DNA of 64,000 nt from PVC group bacterium (GCA_024231215.1 JAAEQR010000195.1:142755-206754); one strand, 5' to 3'; shown: positions 17,918 to 28,134, counted from the stretch's first letter. Made by a program: numbers and translations. The notes: generated by a model from the sequence alone, not told the origin.

Positions 17918-19747
17918 ATGGATAATAGGCTTTATATTTTAGATAAGAAATATCGAAATGTATTTATAACTCAGAATCGGGATAGTTGGAATGTTTGTCC
18001 TTTTGAATTTGATAAAGATAAAGATTTGGTTCTTTCTTTCGACTTTGCAGTTGTTAATGAAGTCAGACAGACAGGGGGGCAGGCTTATTATATTGATCAT
18101 CTGGTAAATAGCCAATTGATGGAAGAATATAATCACAAAATGTATGAATTTTTTGCTAAATGGCATAAAAATTTATTAGGCAAGGATATTTTTAGCTATA
18201 AAGGTATGGATGTTGCGAGTGCCTTTAGGATCGAAATATGGAATGATCTTACTTTTTATATGCGGATATTAGTCAATCTACATGAATTGTTCAAAAAAAT
18301 CAAGCCTGAGAATGTGTATGTGGGAATAGAGAATCAAATAGTTAGGGAGGTTATTGGGGGGCTTAATATTAAGGTTGTTTTCTGGAATGCGCCAGAAAAC
18401 AAAAACAGTACTGAATATTATTTCCCGATTTTTAGATGGATGGATGAAGCTCTGCACCCTGCTGATTTTAAACACAAGGTTAGGTTGTTTGTTTTTAAGA
18501 TATTTGGATCAATATCAAGTTTTATTAAAAAAATCAAGTTTAATAAAAATAAAAAGCAGATATATGTTGAGTGGTATCATCCGACAAATGACATAATTAG
18601 AGAGTTGAAAAGGGAAAATAAGGTTGAAATAGTTCGCAGTGGGTTTAATTGTATCCAGGATATGTTTAACAGTGTGTATTTACCGGCAGCTAGTTTCTCG
18701 GGCAGCAGATGCTATAAGCTTGAGACAGAGAAAATGCTTAAAAATTTTGATAAGGAAAAATGCGCGACATTAAGTATTGATGACATTGATATGAGTAATG
18801 AGATTTATAAGTTGATCATTAAAAGAGTTTCACCTTTAATCCCTAGATCTTTACTGACTGTAGACATTATAATGAAGTTTTTTGCAAAAAAAAAGCTGAG
18901 TCTTATGATTACGGTTGCAAGTATTGGGCTTATAAATAGATTGATGATTAATTACTGCATCAAGGCAGATATACCTGTGTATATGATTATTAACGGCTGG
19001 CTGGGCAATTCTTTTCTTGATGAAGCTAAAGATGGTACATGGATAAATTCTTATAGTGAATCCGTTAAGAAAAATTATTTTAAGGGTATGAAAAATGTTA
19101 TTTGTTTAGGAGATCCTAGGATGGATAAATATGTTAATTGTCTTAAAAAAAAATATAGTGACTATGAAAATCCGACTATTGGTATCGGGGCAGCCGGATT
19201 TACTAATGTTGATTTGAATTGTTATGTAGCAATTGAATGGGAGTTTTTAAATGATATAATGCAGGTTTGTAAAAAAATAATAACCTCTGGCAAAAAGATG
19301 AGTATTATAATAAAAGTTCGTCAAAACGGTTATATACAGCAATATCGGAATTTTCTGGACGAGTATTATTCTGATGTACCAGTCGTTCTTGAGGATTCGG
19401 TCTCGATAGAAGAAGTATATAAAAAAGCTGATTTTTTTATATCCATTTATTCTCAAAGCTTATTCGAGGCATCCTGTTATGGATTGCCGGTTTTGTATTA
19501 TAAAAATGATACTCAGTATTTTGACCCTCCCTTTGACGGTAATTCTGAGCTTATTACGGCGATGACTCCGGATGATCTCAGGCAAAAGATCGAGGCTTTT
19601 TACAATAAAGATGCAATGTATGATAAATTTAAAGAAAAGAAAGTAATGGAAAAGTATATAGGATTGTTAGATGGACAAAATCTAAAGCGAAATATGGATT
19701 TTATATATTCTTTTATAGAAGATAAAAAACAGGCTCAGGCAAATTGA
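17918..19747 (+). CDS. Hypothetical 609-aa protein; C-terminal half resembles GT-B-like TagF/KpsS-type transferases (candidate nonulosonic-acid or glycerol-phosphate transferase)
   Basis: No N-terminal match recognised. C-terminal ...ADFFISIYSQSLFEASCYGLPVLYYKNDTQYFDPPFDG... resembles the TagF-like / Capsule_synth ...DYSS..FD.A.L.KP.IFY.PD.. region. Confidence 0.3.
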   Translation: MDNRLYILDKKYRNVFITQNRDSWNVCPFEFDKDKDLVLSFDFAVVNEVRQTGGQAYYIDHLVNSQLMEEYNHKMYEFFAKWHKNLLGKDIFSYKGMDVASAFRIEIWNDLTFYMRILVNLHELFKKIKPENVYVGIENQIVREVIGGLNIKVVFWNAPENKNSTEYYFPIFRWMDEALHPADFKHKVRLFVFKIFGSISSFIKKIKFNKNKKQIYVEWYHPTNDIIRELKRENKVEIVRSGFNCIQDMFNSVYLPAASFSGSRCYKLETEKMLKNFDKEKCATLSIDDIDMSNEIYKLIIKRVSPLIPRSLLTVDIIMKFFAKKKLSLMITVASIGLINRLMINYCIKADIPVYMIINGWLGNSFLDEAKDGTWINSYSESVKKNYFKGMKNVICLGDPRMDKYVNCLKKKYSDYENPTIGIGAAGFTNVDLNCYVAIEWEFLNDIMQVCKKIITSGKKMSIIIKVRQNGYIQQYRNFLDEYYSDVPVVLEDSVSIEEVYKKADFFISIYSQSLFEASCYGLPVLYYKNDTQYFDPPFDGNSELITAMTPDDLRQKIEAFYNKDAMYDKFKEKKVMEKYIGLLDGQNLKRNMDFIYSFIEDKKQAQAN

Positions 19748-19786
19748 ACGCTTTGAGTCGAAAACTACAATGTAAAGTGTTGATTT

Positions 19787-21307
19787 ATGTCAATTAAAAA
19801 AAAATCAGTTTTTAAAATTCTTACAAATATTGTGACTTTGCTTGTCGGGTTAGTGACTCAAGGCATTATACCGCGTACTTTAGGGCCGGCAGCATATGGT
19901 AATTTTTCTTTTCTCACTAATTTTTTCTTTTCTATATGCGGTTTTCTGAATTTAAATTCATCAACTGTTTTTTTTACTAAATTATCACAGAGACCTAAAG
20001 CAAAAGGACTGATTCGTTTTTATATGCATTTTCTGGCTTTCATTGCGCTTATAATTGCCATTTTTTTGTCCGGAAGCATTGTCTTTGGTCTAAAATCTGT
20101 TTTTTGGCCAGGGCAGCGTACTGTATTTATAATTTTAGCTGCGATTTTGGGTGTTTTCACATTTTATGATATGGTTTTTAAAGATATGTGTGATGCATAT
20201 GGGATTACTATAAAGGCTGAGCTTATTAAAATAGCTCTTAAGGTTATTGGATTGGGTCTAATCTTATTTTTGTTTTGGAAAAAGAGTCTTAATTTAGGAA
20301 CTTATTTTTCTTATCACATATTTATTCTTTTGTCAACGATAGGTTTTCTTATTTTCCTTATACATAAAAGCGGCCACTCATTGTTCAGCGGATTTATCGC
20401 TAAAAAAGATGAGTTTGAACCTTATTATAAAGAGTTTTCTAAAGTATGCTTTCCTTTATTCTTTTTTTTGTCTCTAGCTCTAATTGGACAGATATTTGAC
20501 CGCTGGTTTTTGCAGAAGTTTTCCGGAAGTGTTGATCAAGGGTATTATTCTTTTGCTTTTCAGGTAGGCAATCTTTGCATGCTTTTCACCAGTGCTATTA
20601 TGCCTCTTGTTTTACGGGAACAGTCGATACATTTCGGAAATATGGATTTTGAAAAATTAAGAAATGTTTTCTCACGTTCTATAAGCATTTTGGTAGCTTT
20701 AACTGCTTTTATATGTTGTTTTCTCGCTGTGGAATCTCAGACAGTTATTAATATCTTTGCTGGAAAGGCTTATTCTGCTGCTTTTGTACCCATGGTATTA
20801 ATGTGTTTGTTCCCAATTCATCGTACATACGGACAGTTGAATGGGAATTTCTTTTTTGCATCAGATAGAGTTCATATCTATCGAAATATAGGTATCGTAT
20901 TCACGCTTTTGGGAGTTGTTTTTACTTTTTTCTTACTGGGACCTCAAAAATATGGAGGGTTTAATCTGGGAGCAAATGGACTTTCTTTTAAAATGATGGG
21001 ATTGCAGGTGATCAGCGTTAATGTGCAGCTTTGGTTTAATGCAAAATACTTAAAATATTCTTTTAAAACACTTTTTTTGAATCAGATCGGGACGATAATT
21101 GTTTTTCTGGGCTTGTCGGGAATATCATCTGGCTTTGCAAGAGCGATATTCCCAAATTTAGCTCCAGTCATCCATTTTTGTTTAAGCGGGACAGTATACG
21201 TTATAATATGTTTTGTGGTTTTTAACTGTTGGCCGGAAACTATGGCTTTAAAGAAAACTGATGTTAATCAGTTAAATATATTTATCAAAGAGAAACTTGG
21301 CAAGTAA
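19787..21307 (+). CDS. MOP-superfamily polysaccharide flippase (Wzx-like), multi-pass membrane protein
   Basis: 506 aa, about 12-14 hydrophobic segments. N-terminal ...ILTNIVTLLVGLVTQGIIPRTLGPAAYGNFSF... typical of Wzx / polysaccharide biosynthesis protein family. Confidence 0.65.
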   Translation: MSIKKKSVFKILTNIVTLLVGLVTQGIIPRTLGPAAYGNFSFLTNFFFSICGFLNLNSSTVFFTKLSQRPKAKGLIRFYMHFLAFIALIIAIFLSGSIVFGLKSVFWPGQRTVFIILAAILGVFTFYDMVFKDMCDAYGITIKAELIKIALKVIGLGLILFLFWKKSLNLGTYFSYHIFILLSTIGFLIFLIHKSGHSLFSGFIAKKDEFEPYYKEFSKVCFPLFFFLSLALIGQIFDRWFLQKFSGSVDQGYYSFAFQVGNLCMLFTSAIMPLVLREQSIHFGNMDFEKLRNVFSRSISILVALTAFICCFLAVESQTVINIFAGKAYSAAFVPMVLMCLFPIHRTYGQLNGNFFFASDRVHIYRNIGIVFTLLGVVFTFFLLGPQKYGGFNLGANGLSFKMMGLQVISVNVQLWFNAKYLKYSFKTLFLNQIGTIIVFLGLSGISSGFARAIFPNLAPVIHFCLSGTVYVIICFVVFNCWPETMALKKTDVNQLNIFIKEKLGK

Positions 21308-21461
21308 ATTTATTGAGATTAATTTTTCTAGTGTTGGGTGCCGTAAGCATGAAATTACTGTTTAATTAAATTCAGTGGTAAGTTGATGAATACTTGTTTT
21401 TAGATGAAATATTAGTTGCGGGGATAAATATGAGAATTATCTGCAAGCTTTTTTAGGACCC

Positions 21462-21504
21462 TGTTATAATAGAACTGCTCTAAAGAGAAATAATCTGCTA
21501 TAAT
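21462..21504 (+). promoter_or_regulatory. Candidate promoter(s) in the 217-bp gap after the flippase gene: extended -10 TGtTATAAT (21462-21470) and a second TATAAT (21499-21504)
   Basis: Read from sequence. This is the only sizeable intergenic gap inside the 4.3-45 kb gene train. Confidence 0.3.
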
Positions 21505-21524
21505 GAAGGCATCAAAGAAAGAAG

Positions 21525-22208
21525 ATGGGTAGAGTGATGGTGTTAATTGATATACTAAAAAATCTGAAAAAGTTAATTCGATTACTTATCGATTTAAGAA
21601 AAACACGAAAAAAATTCCCCACATGTCAGATTTATAACAGCACCATTATCGATTCTAACTCAGTATTAGGGGGATATAATTTGATATGTGAAAATGTAAT
21701 AGCTATAAATTCCTATATAGGAGAGCATACTATTGTGCAAAAAAATACTACAATATTTAATTCAGAGATTGGTAAATTTTGCGGTATTGCTGCAAGATGT
21801 AGTGTGGGACAAGGAAGACATCAAACAACCTTTGTAAGTTCTCATCCAGCTTTTCATAGCAATCAAGAAATCCTGGTAAAATCTTTTCATGAAGAATCTG
21901 ATAAGGTAATATCAAAGCGTACCTGTATTGGACATGATACTTATATTGGAGAAAATGCTATGATTATGGACGGCATTAAAGTTGGCATAGGGGCGGTAAT
22001 AGGAATGGGGGCTGTTGTAATAGAAGATGTGCCAGATTATGCAATTGTTTTTGGGAATCCCGCTCGAATATATAAGTATCGTTTTGAAAAAGAGATAATA
22101 AAAAAACTTTTAGAAACTAAATGGTGGGATATGCCTGTAGAATTTTTTGAAAAAAATGGAAAATGTTTTAATAATCCCGAAACATTTTTTAAATGTCTAG
22201 ATTTGTGA
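21525..22208 (+). CDS. Hexapeptide-repeat (left-handed beta-helix) acyltransferase, xenobiotic/sugar O-acetyltransferase-like
   Basis: Hexapeptide repeats [39 protein letters not shown], then FGNPARI. The start could also be the ATG at 21537. Confidence 0.65.
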   Translation: MGRVMVLIDILKNLKKLIRLLIDLRKTRKKFPTCQIYNSTIIDSNSVLGGYNLICENVIAINSYIGEHTIVQKNTTIFNSEIGKFCGIAARCSVGQGRHQTTFVSSHPAFHSNQEILVKSFHEESDKVISKRTCIGHDTYIGENAMIMDGIKVGIGAVIGMGAVVIEDVPDYAIVFGNPARIYKYRFEKEIIKKLLETKWWDMPVEFFEKNGKCFNNPETFFKCLDL

Positions 22209-22295
22209 AATTAATAGACAAAGATTTTAATTAATTTATTCATTATATATACAATAAAATATTTAAATATAATGCATTTGTAACAAGGTAATAAT

Positions 22296-24077
22296 ATGAA
22301 AAAAAAGAGGTCTTTTTTAGAGATTCAAGAGATGCTTAGCAGCTCGGATATATCTAAATGCCCAATTTTGGAAATTGCAGTTCTTCGTAATGTGATTCTC
22401 GAACCTATAGAGCAGTACTTGAGATACGAAGCTTTTAAAATAGGATTTGCTGCCAATGTTAAATTGGGGGAATATGATAATATTTTTCAGGAGGCTGCTG
22501 GAGGTAATAATATATTATTTAGCAAAAATACAGATTGTGTTCTCATCTTTATGAAAATGGAAACAGTATCGTGGGATATCTCACGCAACTTTGCCGTACT
22601 TAAAGCTTCTCAAATTAGCGATGAAATTGAGCGTATTAAGGGTTATGTTGTTAACATCCTTAAAGGTATTCGATTGCAGTCCAATGCTATGATTTTGTGG
22701 CATGGTTTTGAATATTTGATTAACCCAAGCTTTGGGATTTGTGACAGCCAAATCAAAAATGGACAAAATAGTACGATTAGAGACTTAAATAATTTTTTGC
22801 AAACTAAAATACAAGATACCCCCAATGCTTATTTTGTTGATCTTAATATATGTTTAACAAGAGTAGGCGCTCAAGAATTTTATGATTTTCGATATTGGCA
22901 TATCGCGAAGGCCCCCTATTCAAAAAAAGCTCTTCAGCAAATATCATCGGAGGATTTTAAATATATTCGCGCTCTCAAAGGTAAGAATAAAAAATGTCTT
23001 ATCCTAGATTGTGACAATACTCTCTGGGGTGGAGTTGTTGGAGAGGATGGGTTTTCTAACATTAAATTGGGTAGAAATTATCCAGGATCTTCATATTTCG
23101 AATTTCAACAAGAGGTTGTTAATCTATACCATAGGGGCATCATTATTGCTCTTTGCAGTAAGAACAACGAAGAAGATGTTTGGGAAGTTTTCAATACCCA
23201 TCCAGATATGATTCTTAAGGCGGAACATATTGCTACCAGTCAAATTAACTGGCAAGATAAAGCTTCCAATATTCGTCAAATTGCATTGGATTTGAATATT
23301 GGATTGGATAGTATTGTGTTTATGGATGATAGCGAATTTGAAATAAAACTAATTCGTAATGCTCTACCTGATGTGACAACTATACATCTTTCCGAGAAAA
23401 ATGCTGTAGAATACAGAGAGATATTAGCATCATGTGGATTGTTTGATACGATAACTATTGCTAGTGAGGATAAAAATCGTGGTGTTGCTTATAGGGCTGA
23501 AGCTAATAGAAAAAAACTCATGAACCAAATTATTTGCATGGAGGATTATTATAAATCATTAGAAATGATCTTAGAAATTAATTTTGCTAATAATTTTAAT
23601 ATACCTCGCATTGCTCAGCTGACACAAAAAACTAACCAATTCAATTTGACTACAAAGCGGTATAACGATGTGGATATAAAGGAAATGTCAGAAAGTAATA
23701 ATTTTGATGTTATATCTATTAGCCTTAAGGATAAGTTTGGTAATTCGGGCATTATTGGTGTCTGTATTCTGAGATACAAATCCAGGAAGGCAAGCTTTGA
23801 TACTTTTCTTCTCTCGTGCCGCGCTTTAGGGCGTGGTGTTGAAAATGTATTTGTTGTCCAGGCTTTAAGGCTGGCTAAAAAACGTGGCAACCAGCTTGCT
23901 ATAGGTGAATATTATGCCACTCGGAAAAACAAACAAGTCGAGAATTTTTATGAAAAAAATAGTTTTATAGAAAATAATGAAGAAAACTTGAAGGCAGATG
24001 GAATATTTTGCTATGACTTGCAAGAAAAGATAAAAACTCAACCACATTTCTTTAAAGAAATTAAATCAGAAATTTAA
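22296..24077 (+). CDS. FkbH-like protein (HAD-superfamily subfamily IIIC phosphatase domain with DxDxT motif, plus C-terminal acyltransferase-like domain); predicted glyceryl/acyl loading enzyme for the adjacent ACP
   Basis: KCLILDCDNTLWGGVVGEDG (HAD motif I). ...IALCSKNNEEDV... and ...VFMDDSEFE... (HAD motifs III/IV). 593 aa with an N-terminal extension as in FkbH-family proteins. Immediately followed by a stand-alone ACP. Confidence 0.65.
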   Translation: MKKKRSFLEIQEMLSSSDISKCPILEIAVLRNVILEPIEQYLRYEAFKIGFAANVKLGEYDNIFQEAAGGNNILFSKNTDCVLIFMKMETVSWDISRNFAVLKASQISDEIERIKGYVVNILKGIRLQSNAMILWHGFEYLINPSFGICDSQIKNGQNSTIRDLNNFLQTKIQDTPNAYFVDLNICLTRVGAQEFYDFRYWHIAKAPYSKKALQQISSEDFKYIRALKGKNKKCLILDCDNTLWGGVVGEDGFSNIKLGRNYPGSSYFEFQQEVVNLYHRGIIIALCSKNNEEDVWEVFNTHPDMILKAEHIATSQINWQDKASNIRQIALDLNIGLDSIVFMDDSEFEIKLIRNALPDVTTIHLSEKNAVEYREILASCGLFDTITIASEDKNRGVAYRAEANRKKLMNQIICMEDYYKSLEMILEINFANNFNIPRIAQLTQKTNQFNLTTKRYNDVDIKEMSESNNFDVISISLKDKFGNSGIIGVCILRYKSRKASFDTFLLSCRALGRGVENVFVVQALRLAKKRGNQLAIGEYYATRKNKQVENFYEKNSFIENNEENLKADGIFCYDLQEKIKTQPHFFKEIKSEI

Positions 24078-24089
24078 TAGGAGGTTATT

Positions 24090-24314
24090 ATGAAAGAGAA
24101 GTTATTCAATATTTTAAGACGAGTTGCAAAGGTTTCAATTGAAGAGGTGAATGAGGAGTCATCACCTGATACGATTGATTCATGGGATTCTTTAACGCAT
24201 ATTAACTTAATTTTGGCAATTGAAGAGGAGTTTGAAGTGAATTTTTCTCATGATCAAATAGCGAGAATGCAGAGCTTTAAATCAATAGTAGAATGTTTAA
24301 ATGAGAATCTGTAA
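24090..24314 (+). CDS. Stand-alone acyl carrier protein
   Basis: 74 aa, four-helix pattern with the phosphopantetheine attachment motif DSWDSLTHINL. GGAGG RBS 6 nt upstream. Confidence 0.85.
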   Translation: MKEKLFNILRRVAKVSIEEVNEESSPDTIDSWDSLTHINLILAIEEEFEVNFSHDQIARMQSFKSIVECLNENL

Positions 24315-24344
24315 ATACAGAAGGATAATAGCAGTCTGGGATAT

Positions 24345-25253
24345 TTGAAGATGAAAGAAAGACTTTTGAAATATCTCTTCAGCAAAAACGCAAGGCACAA
24401 GAAAAAAGTCGAAACAGCGTTTGGAAAAAATCCAGATATGCTTTTTGACCTTGAAAAGTTTCTTGATCGATACGATTTATTCATGAAAAATGAAAGAATA
24501 ACTGTCGAAGAACTTGTAGACGCCTATCTTCTAATGCTTGAGCAAATGATGATAGCACGCTTGATATTTCTCAGAACAGGTAGGTATCCATCTAGTTCTC
24601 AGAAAGAGTCTTATGATAACGTTTATAGCAATAAAAAGGTTATGCGAAATTATATGCTTGGCCTTGCTCTTTCACAGTTTTTATGGGAGCACCATTATAA
24701 GATATTCAAGTTTTATTGTGATGAGCTTCTGTATTTGAGAAAGCACAGGGTGTGTTTAGAAATAGGCTCAGGGCATGGGCTTTTTACTTTAGAGTTCCTA
24801 GATAGGATAAGAGACTTTGAGACTCTTGATGTAATTGATATAAGCAGTACTTCTCTAGATATAACACGGGGAATTATTAAAACCCTCAAGTTAGAATGTC
24901 TGAAAAAAGTGAACTTTATTAAGGCAGATGTAAATCTATATCAACCACTATCCCAGTATGACTTTATTATGATGGGAGAAGTTTTAGAACATGTGGATGA
25001 TCCTTTAAAGATGCTTAAAAACGTTTATAGGCTGCTAGCTGCTGAAGGTTCTTTCTATTTGACGACATGTGCAAATGCACCTGCGATGGATCATGTCTAT
25101 CTTTTTAACAATGTCGATGAGATAAGGATGCTTATAAAAGAGGCAGGTTTTTTAATATCAAAAGAACTTGTTGTGCCATCAGAATGCAAGAATTGGAAAG
25201 AAATAGAGTCACAAAAAATTGATATATCTTACGCGGCACTACTTGCAAAATAA
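24345..25253 (+). CDS. Class I SAM-dependent methyltransferase
   Basis: VCLEIGSGHGLFTLEF (motif I), DFIMMGEVLEHVDDP (motif II/III). Confidence 0.7.
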   Translation: MKMKERLLKYLFSKNARHKKKVETAFGKNPDMLFDLEKFLDRYDLFMKNERITVEELVDAYLLMLEQMMIARLIFLRTGRYPSSSQKESYDNVYSNKKVMRNYMLGLALSQFLWEHHYKIFKFYCDELLYLRKHRVCLEIGSGHGLFTLEFLDRIRDFETLDVIDISSTSLDITRGIIKTLKLECLKKVNFIKADVNLYQPLSQYDFIMMGEVLEHVDDPLKMLKNVYRLLAAEGSFYLTTCANAPAMDHVYLFNNVDEIRMLIKEAGFLISKELVVPSECKNWKEIESQKIDISYAALLAK

Positions 25254-25266
25254 AGGTTCATTTATT

Positions 25267-26706
25267 ATGATAAGTCGTAATTTTACATTTGAAGATCAAG
25301 AAAACTTTGCACAGCTTTCCGGTGACTATAATCCTGCGCATTTGGATGAAATAGCTACTCGTAGATTTCAATTTGGAAAGCCTGTTGCGCATGGAGTTCA
25401 CCTGCTTTTATGGACACTTGATTGCTGGCTAAAGGATCATTATGAATATGTGAAATTACGTTCATTGAAAGTTGATTTTAAAAAACCGGTATTTTTAAAT
25501 GAGAATGTACATTGTTTTTTTTATTCGCACACAGATGATAGAGTTAGCATTGAAGTTTCAATAGAAGATTCTGTAATTGCAAATATAGAAGTAGAATGGA
25601 GTACTTCAAGATTGTTTTTAGATAATAAACTGTGCGGAAAAGATCCAGATCGCCTTAATTGTAAAGTTTTGAATGCAGAAAAAGTCACTACTGTTTCAGG
25701 GAAATTAGATTTATGTGTTAACGAGGAGACTTCCTCAAAATTATTCCCTGTCTTGACTAAAAAAATGCCATTACAACAGTTAGCGGAGCTACTTGCAGTT
25801 ACAAGACTTGTGGGAATGGAGTGCCCAGGATATCATTCTGTATTATCTGCATTAGATATATCTTTTGTTGATAATCCCGATGCTCTATTAGAATTAACAT
25901 ATAATGTTTCTGAATATGACAAAAGATTTTCTTTGTTATCGATAAACTTACGAGGCCCTAGTCTAAATGGTACAGTAAGAGCATTTTTTCGACCGCCCCC
26001 TAAAAGTCAAAAAAGCATTTTTTGTTTACGCAAAAAAATTACCAATAAAGAATTTAAAGGGCAAAATGCGTTAATAATAGGTGGTTCTCGTGGGTTGGGG
26101 GAAGTTGCCGCTAAGCTTCTTGCCGCAGGTGGAGCAAATGTGAAAATAACGTATTATAGAGGCAAAGAAGATGCACTCAAGATAGTTGATGAGATAGTTT
26201 CAGTGGGAGGGTATGCTGATTGTACGCCTTTTAATATATTGGATATAGAAAACGCTTTGTCTAACAAACTAATTGCCGAAACAAAAATAACTCATTTGTA
26301 TTATTTTGCTACACCATCTATCTTTGCTATTAAATATAAAAAATATTTTTCTTCAAAGCTATTTAAAAAATTCTGTAAATATTATGTGACAGGGTTTGAG
26401 TCAACAGTGAACAGTTTGTGTGCAATATCTCCGGGAATAACGAATATTTTTTATCCATCTTCGATCGCTATTGATGAATTACTGCCATCTTTGGCTGAAT
26501 ATACTTGCGCTAAAGTAGCGGGTGAGATTTTGTGCAATTTGCTTGAGAAATATCATAAAGGATTATCCATTTATAAACCGCGTTTACCCAGAATGGCTAC
26601 GGATCAAACAGCTAGTGTTTTGATCCATAATAGTCAAGATGCTGCTCCAGTTATGCTTGGGCATATTAGAAAATTTTGTGACATGAAGAAAAAAGAAGTT
26701 TATTGA
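25267..26706 (+). CDS. Bifunctional MaoC-like (hot-dog) dehydratase / short-chain dehydrogenase-reductase fusion
   Basis: N-terminal FEDQENFAQLSGDYNPAHLDEIATRRFQFGKPVAHGVHL (MaoC hydratase motif). C-terminal NALIIGGSRGLGEVAAKLLAAGGANVKITY (Rossmann TGxxxGxG-like) with downstream Y...K. The start is moved to ATG 25267; the ORF-track TTG start overlaps the upstream gene. Confidence 0.65.
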   Translation: MISRNFTFEDQENFAQLSGDYNPAHLDEIATRRFQFGKPVAHGVHLLLWTLDCWLKDHYEYVKLRSLKVDFKKPVFLNENVHCFFYSHTDDRVSIEVSIEDSVIANIEVEWSTSRLFLDNKLCGKDPDRLNCKVLNAEKVTTVSGKLDLCVNEETSSKLFPVLTKKMPLQQLAELLAVTRLVGMECPGYHSVLSALDISFVDNPDALLELTYNVSEYDKRFSLLSINLRGPSLNGTVRAFFRPPPKSQKSIFCLRKKITNKEFKGQNALIIGGSRGLGEVAAKLLAAGGANVKITYYRGKEDALKIVDEIVSVGGYADCTPFNILDIENALSNKLIAETKITHLYYFATPSIFAIKYKKYFSSKLFKKFCKYYVTGFESTVNSLCAISPGITNIFYPSSIAIDELLPSLAEYTCAKVAGEILCNLLEKYHKGLSIYKPRLPRMATDQTASVLIHNSQDAAPVMLGHIRKFCDMKKKEVY

Positions 26707-26732
26707 TGAATAAACAAATCCAAAGGCGCTGA

Positions 26733-27326
26733 ATGATGAAAATGAAAAAACTTAGATTTCAAAGGTTGTATGGCCTGATAAAAGCAGGTATTTTTTTTAT
26801 TTGCAATAAGGGTAAGTATAAGAAACTGGAAATTGGTGCTTTTGTAATCAAACCTTTGCGTTTAAACGGCACCCCACATATGTCTATTTTAAAAGGTGCT
26901 GTTGTTCAGAAATATACCTGGCTGTTTGCTTTGCAGATAGATGAACATGTTCCGGAATTAGTTATAAAAGAGGGGTGCTCGATAGGAGATTTTAACCATA
27001 TTGCTGCAGTCAGGAAAGTTATAATTGGGAAAAATGTTTTAACTGCTAATAGAGTTTATATTTCTGATAATATTCATTGCTATAAAGATGTAAATACACC
27101 TATTATGCATCAGCCCGTTGAATTTAAGTCAGAGGTTGCTATCGGGGATGGTTCCTGGATTGGTGAGAATGTTTGTGTTATCGGCGCTAAGATAGGAAAA
27201 AATTGTGTTATCGGTGCAAATTCTGTTGTAACAAATGATATCCCCGATTACTGTGTCGCTGTGGGTGCCCCGGCCAAGATAATAAAGAGATTTAATGCTG
27301 CAACAAAAGAATGGAAGAAGGTCTAA
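26733..27326 (+). CDS. Hexapeptide-repeat acyltransferase (WbbJ/LacA/MAT-like)
   Basis: IGKNVLTANRVYISD..., IGDGSWIGENVCVIGAKIGKNCVIGANSVV, VAVGAPAKIIKRF. Paralogous to the 40142 ORF. Confidence 0.7.
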   Translation: MMKMKKLRFQRLYGLIKAGIFFICNKGKYKKLEIGAFVIKPLRLNGTPHMSILKGAVVQKYTWLFALQIDEHVPELVIKEGCSIGDFNHIAAVRKVIIGKNVLTANRVYISDNIHCYKDVNTPIMHQPVEFKSEVAIGDGSWIGENVCVIGAKIGKNCVIGANSVVTNDIPDYCVAVGAPAKIIKRFNAATKEWKKV

Positions 27327-27334
27327 AATAGATT

Positions 27335-28132
27335 ATGAAAAGTTGGTTAGCAGAACAATATAAGTCTAAAGCTTCACAATTTGATGCGGAGGTCATTAGC
27401 CGTTATCCTGATTCACAAAAGATATTCAGCGATCCGCATGAATTTTATAAGGGCCTTGTCGGTGAATGGAATTATCTTGATGCTGTCAAGGCTTTAGACT
27501 GGGATAAATATATTAAAAAGGATGCGGTTATTATTGATATCGGCGGCGGGACAGGATGGCTCAGCGCATATATCTCAAGTTTTGAGCAGGTAAAAGAAAT
27601 AAGCCTTATTGATTCAAGCCGATTTTTTTTAGAAAAAATGGTTCCCGAAATGATAAAGCTTATGAAGGGAGTTCCGGAAAAAATCAAGATAGTGGAAGGA
27701 CTTTTTTCGCCATTACTTCTTGATGATGAATCGATTGATGTTGCTTTTATATGTTCATCAATGCATCATGCCGATAATATTTCTAAGTTATTAATTGAAA
27801 TAAAAAGAGTTTTAAAAAAAGGCGGCTATCTTTTTATCTTAAATGAAACCCCATATAATAATTTCTCGTATTTAGGGGCAATTATAAAACAATTTTTAAT
27901 TATTGTCAGAGACATTATTTTTCACCGTTTCAAGGCTGTCTCGACATCAATTGCATCTAACGGATTTTTGTATGATCCGTATTTGAATGATAAGGCATAT
28001 CCCTTCTGGTACTGGGAAAAAGCTATTAAAGAAAGCGGGTTTTTGCTTGCTGATGTGGTAAACACCGGATTATCTACTCTCAAACAAAAAAAAGGGATAA
28101 TGCTAAGGCATTTTATCTGTAGGAAAAATTGA
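27335..28132 (+). CDS. Class I SAM-dependent methyltransferase
   Basis: VIIDIGGGTGWLSAYI (motif I), FICSSMHHADN..., LKKGGYLFI. Confidence 0.65.
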   Translation: MKSWLAEQYKSKASQFDAEVISRYPDSQKIFSDPHEFYKGLVGEWNYLDAVKALDWDKYIKKDAVIIDIGGGTGWLSAYISSFEQVKEISLIDSSRFFLEKMVPEMIKLMKGVPEKIKIVEGLFSPLLLDDESIDVAFICSSMHHADNISKLLIEIKRVLKKGGYLFILNETPYNNFSYLGAIIKQFLIIVRDIIFHRFKAVSTSIASNGFLYDPYLNDKAYPFWYWEKAIKESGFLLADVVNTGLSTLKQKKGIMLRHFICRKN

Positions 28133-28134
28133 AT

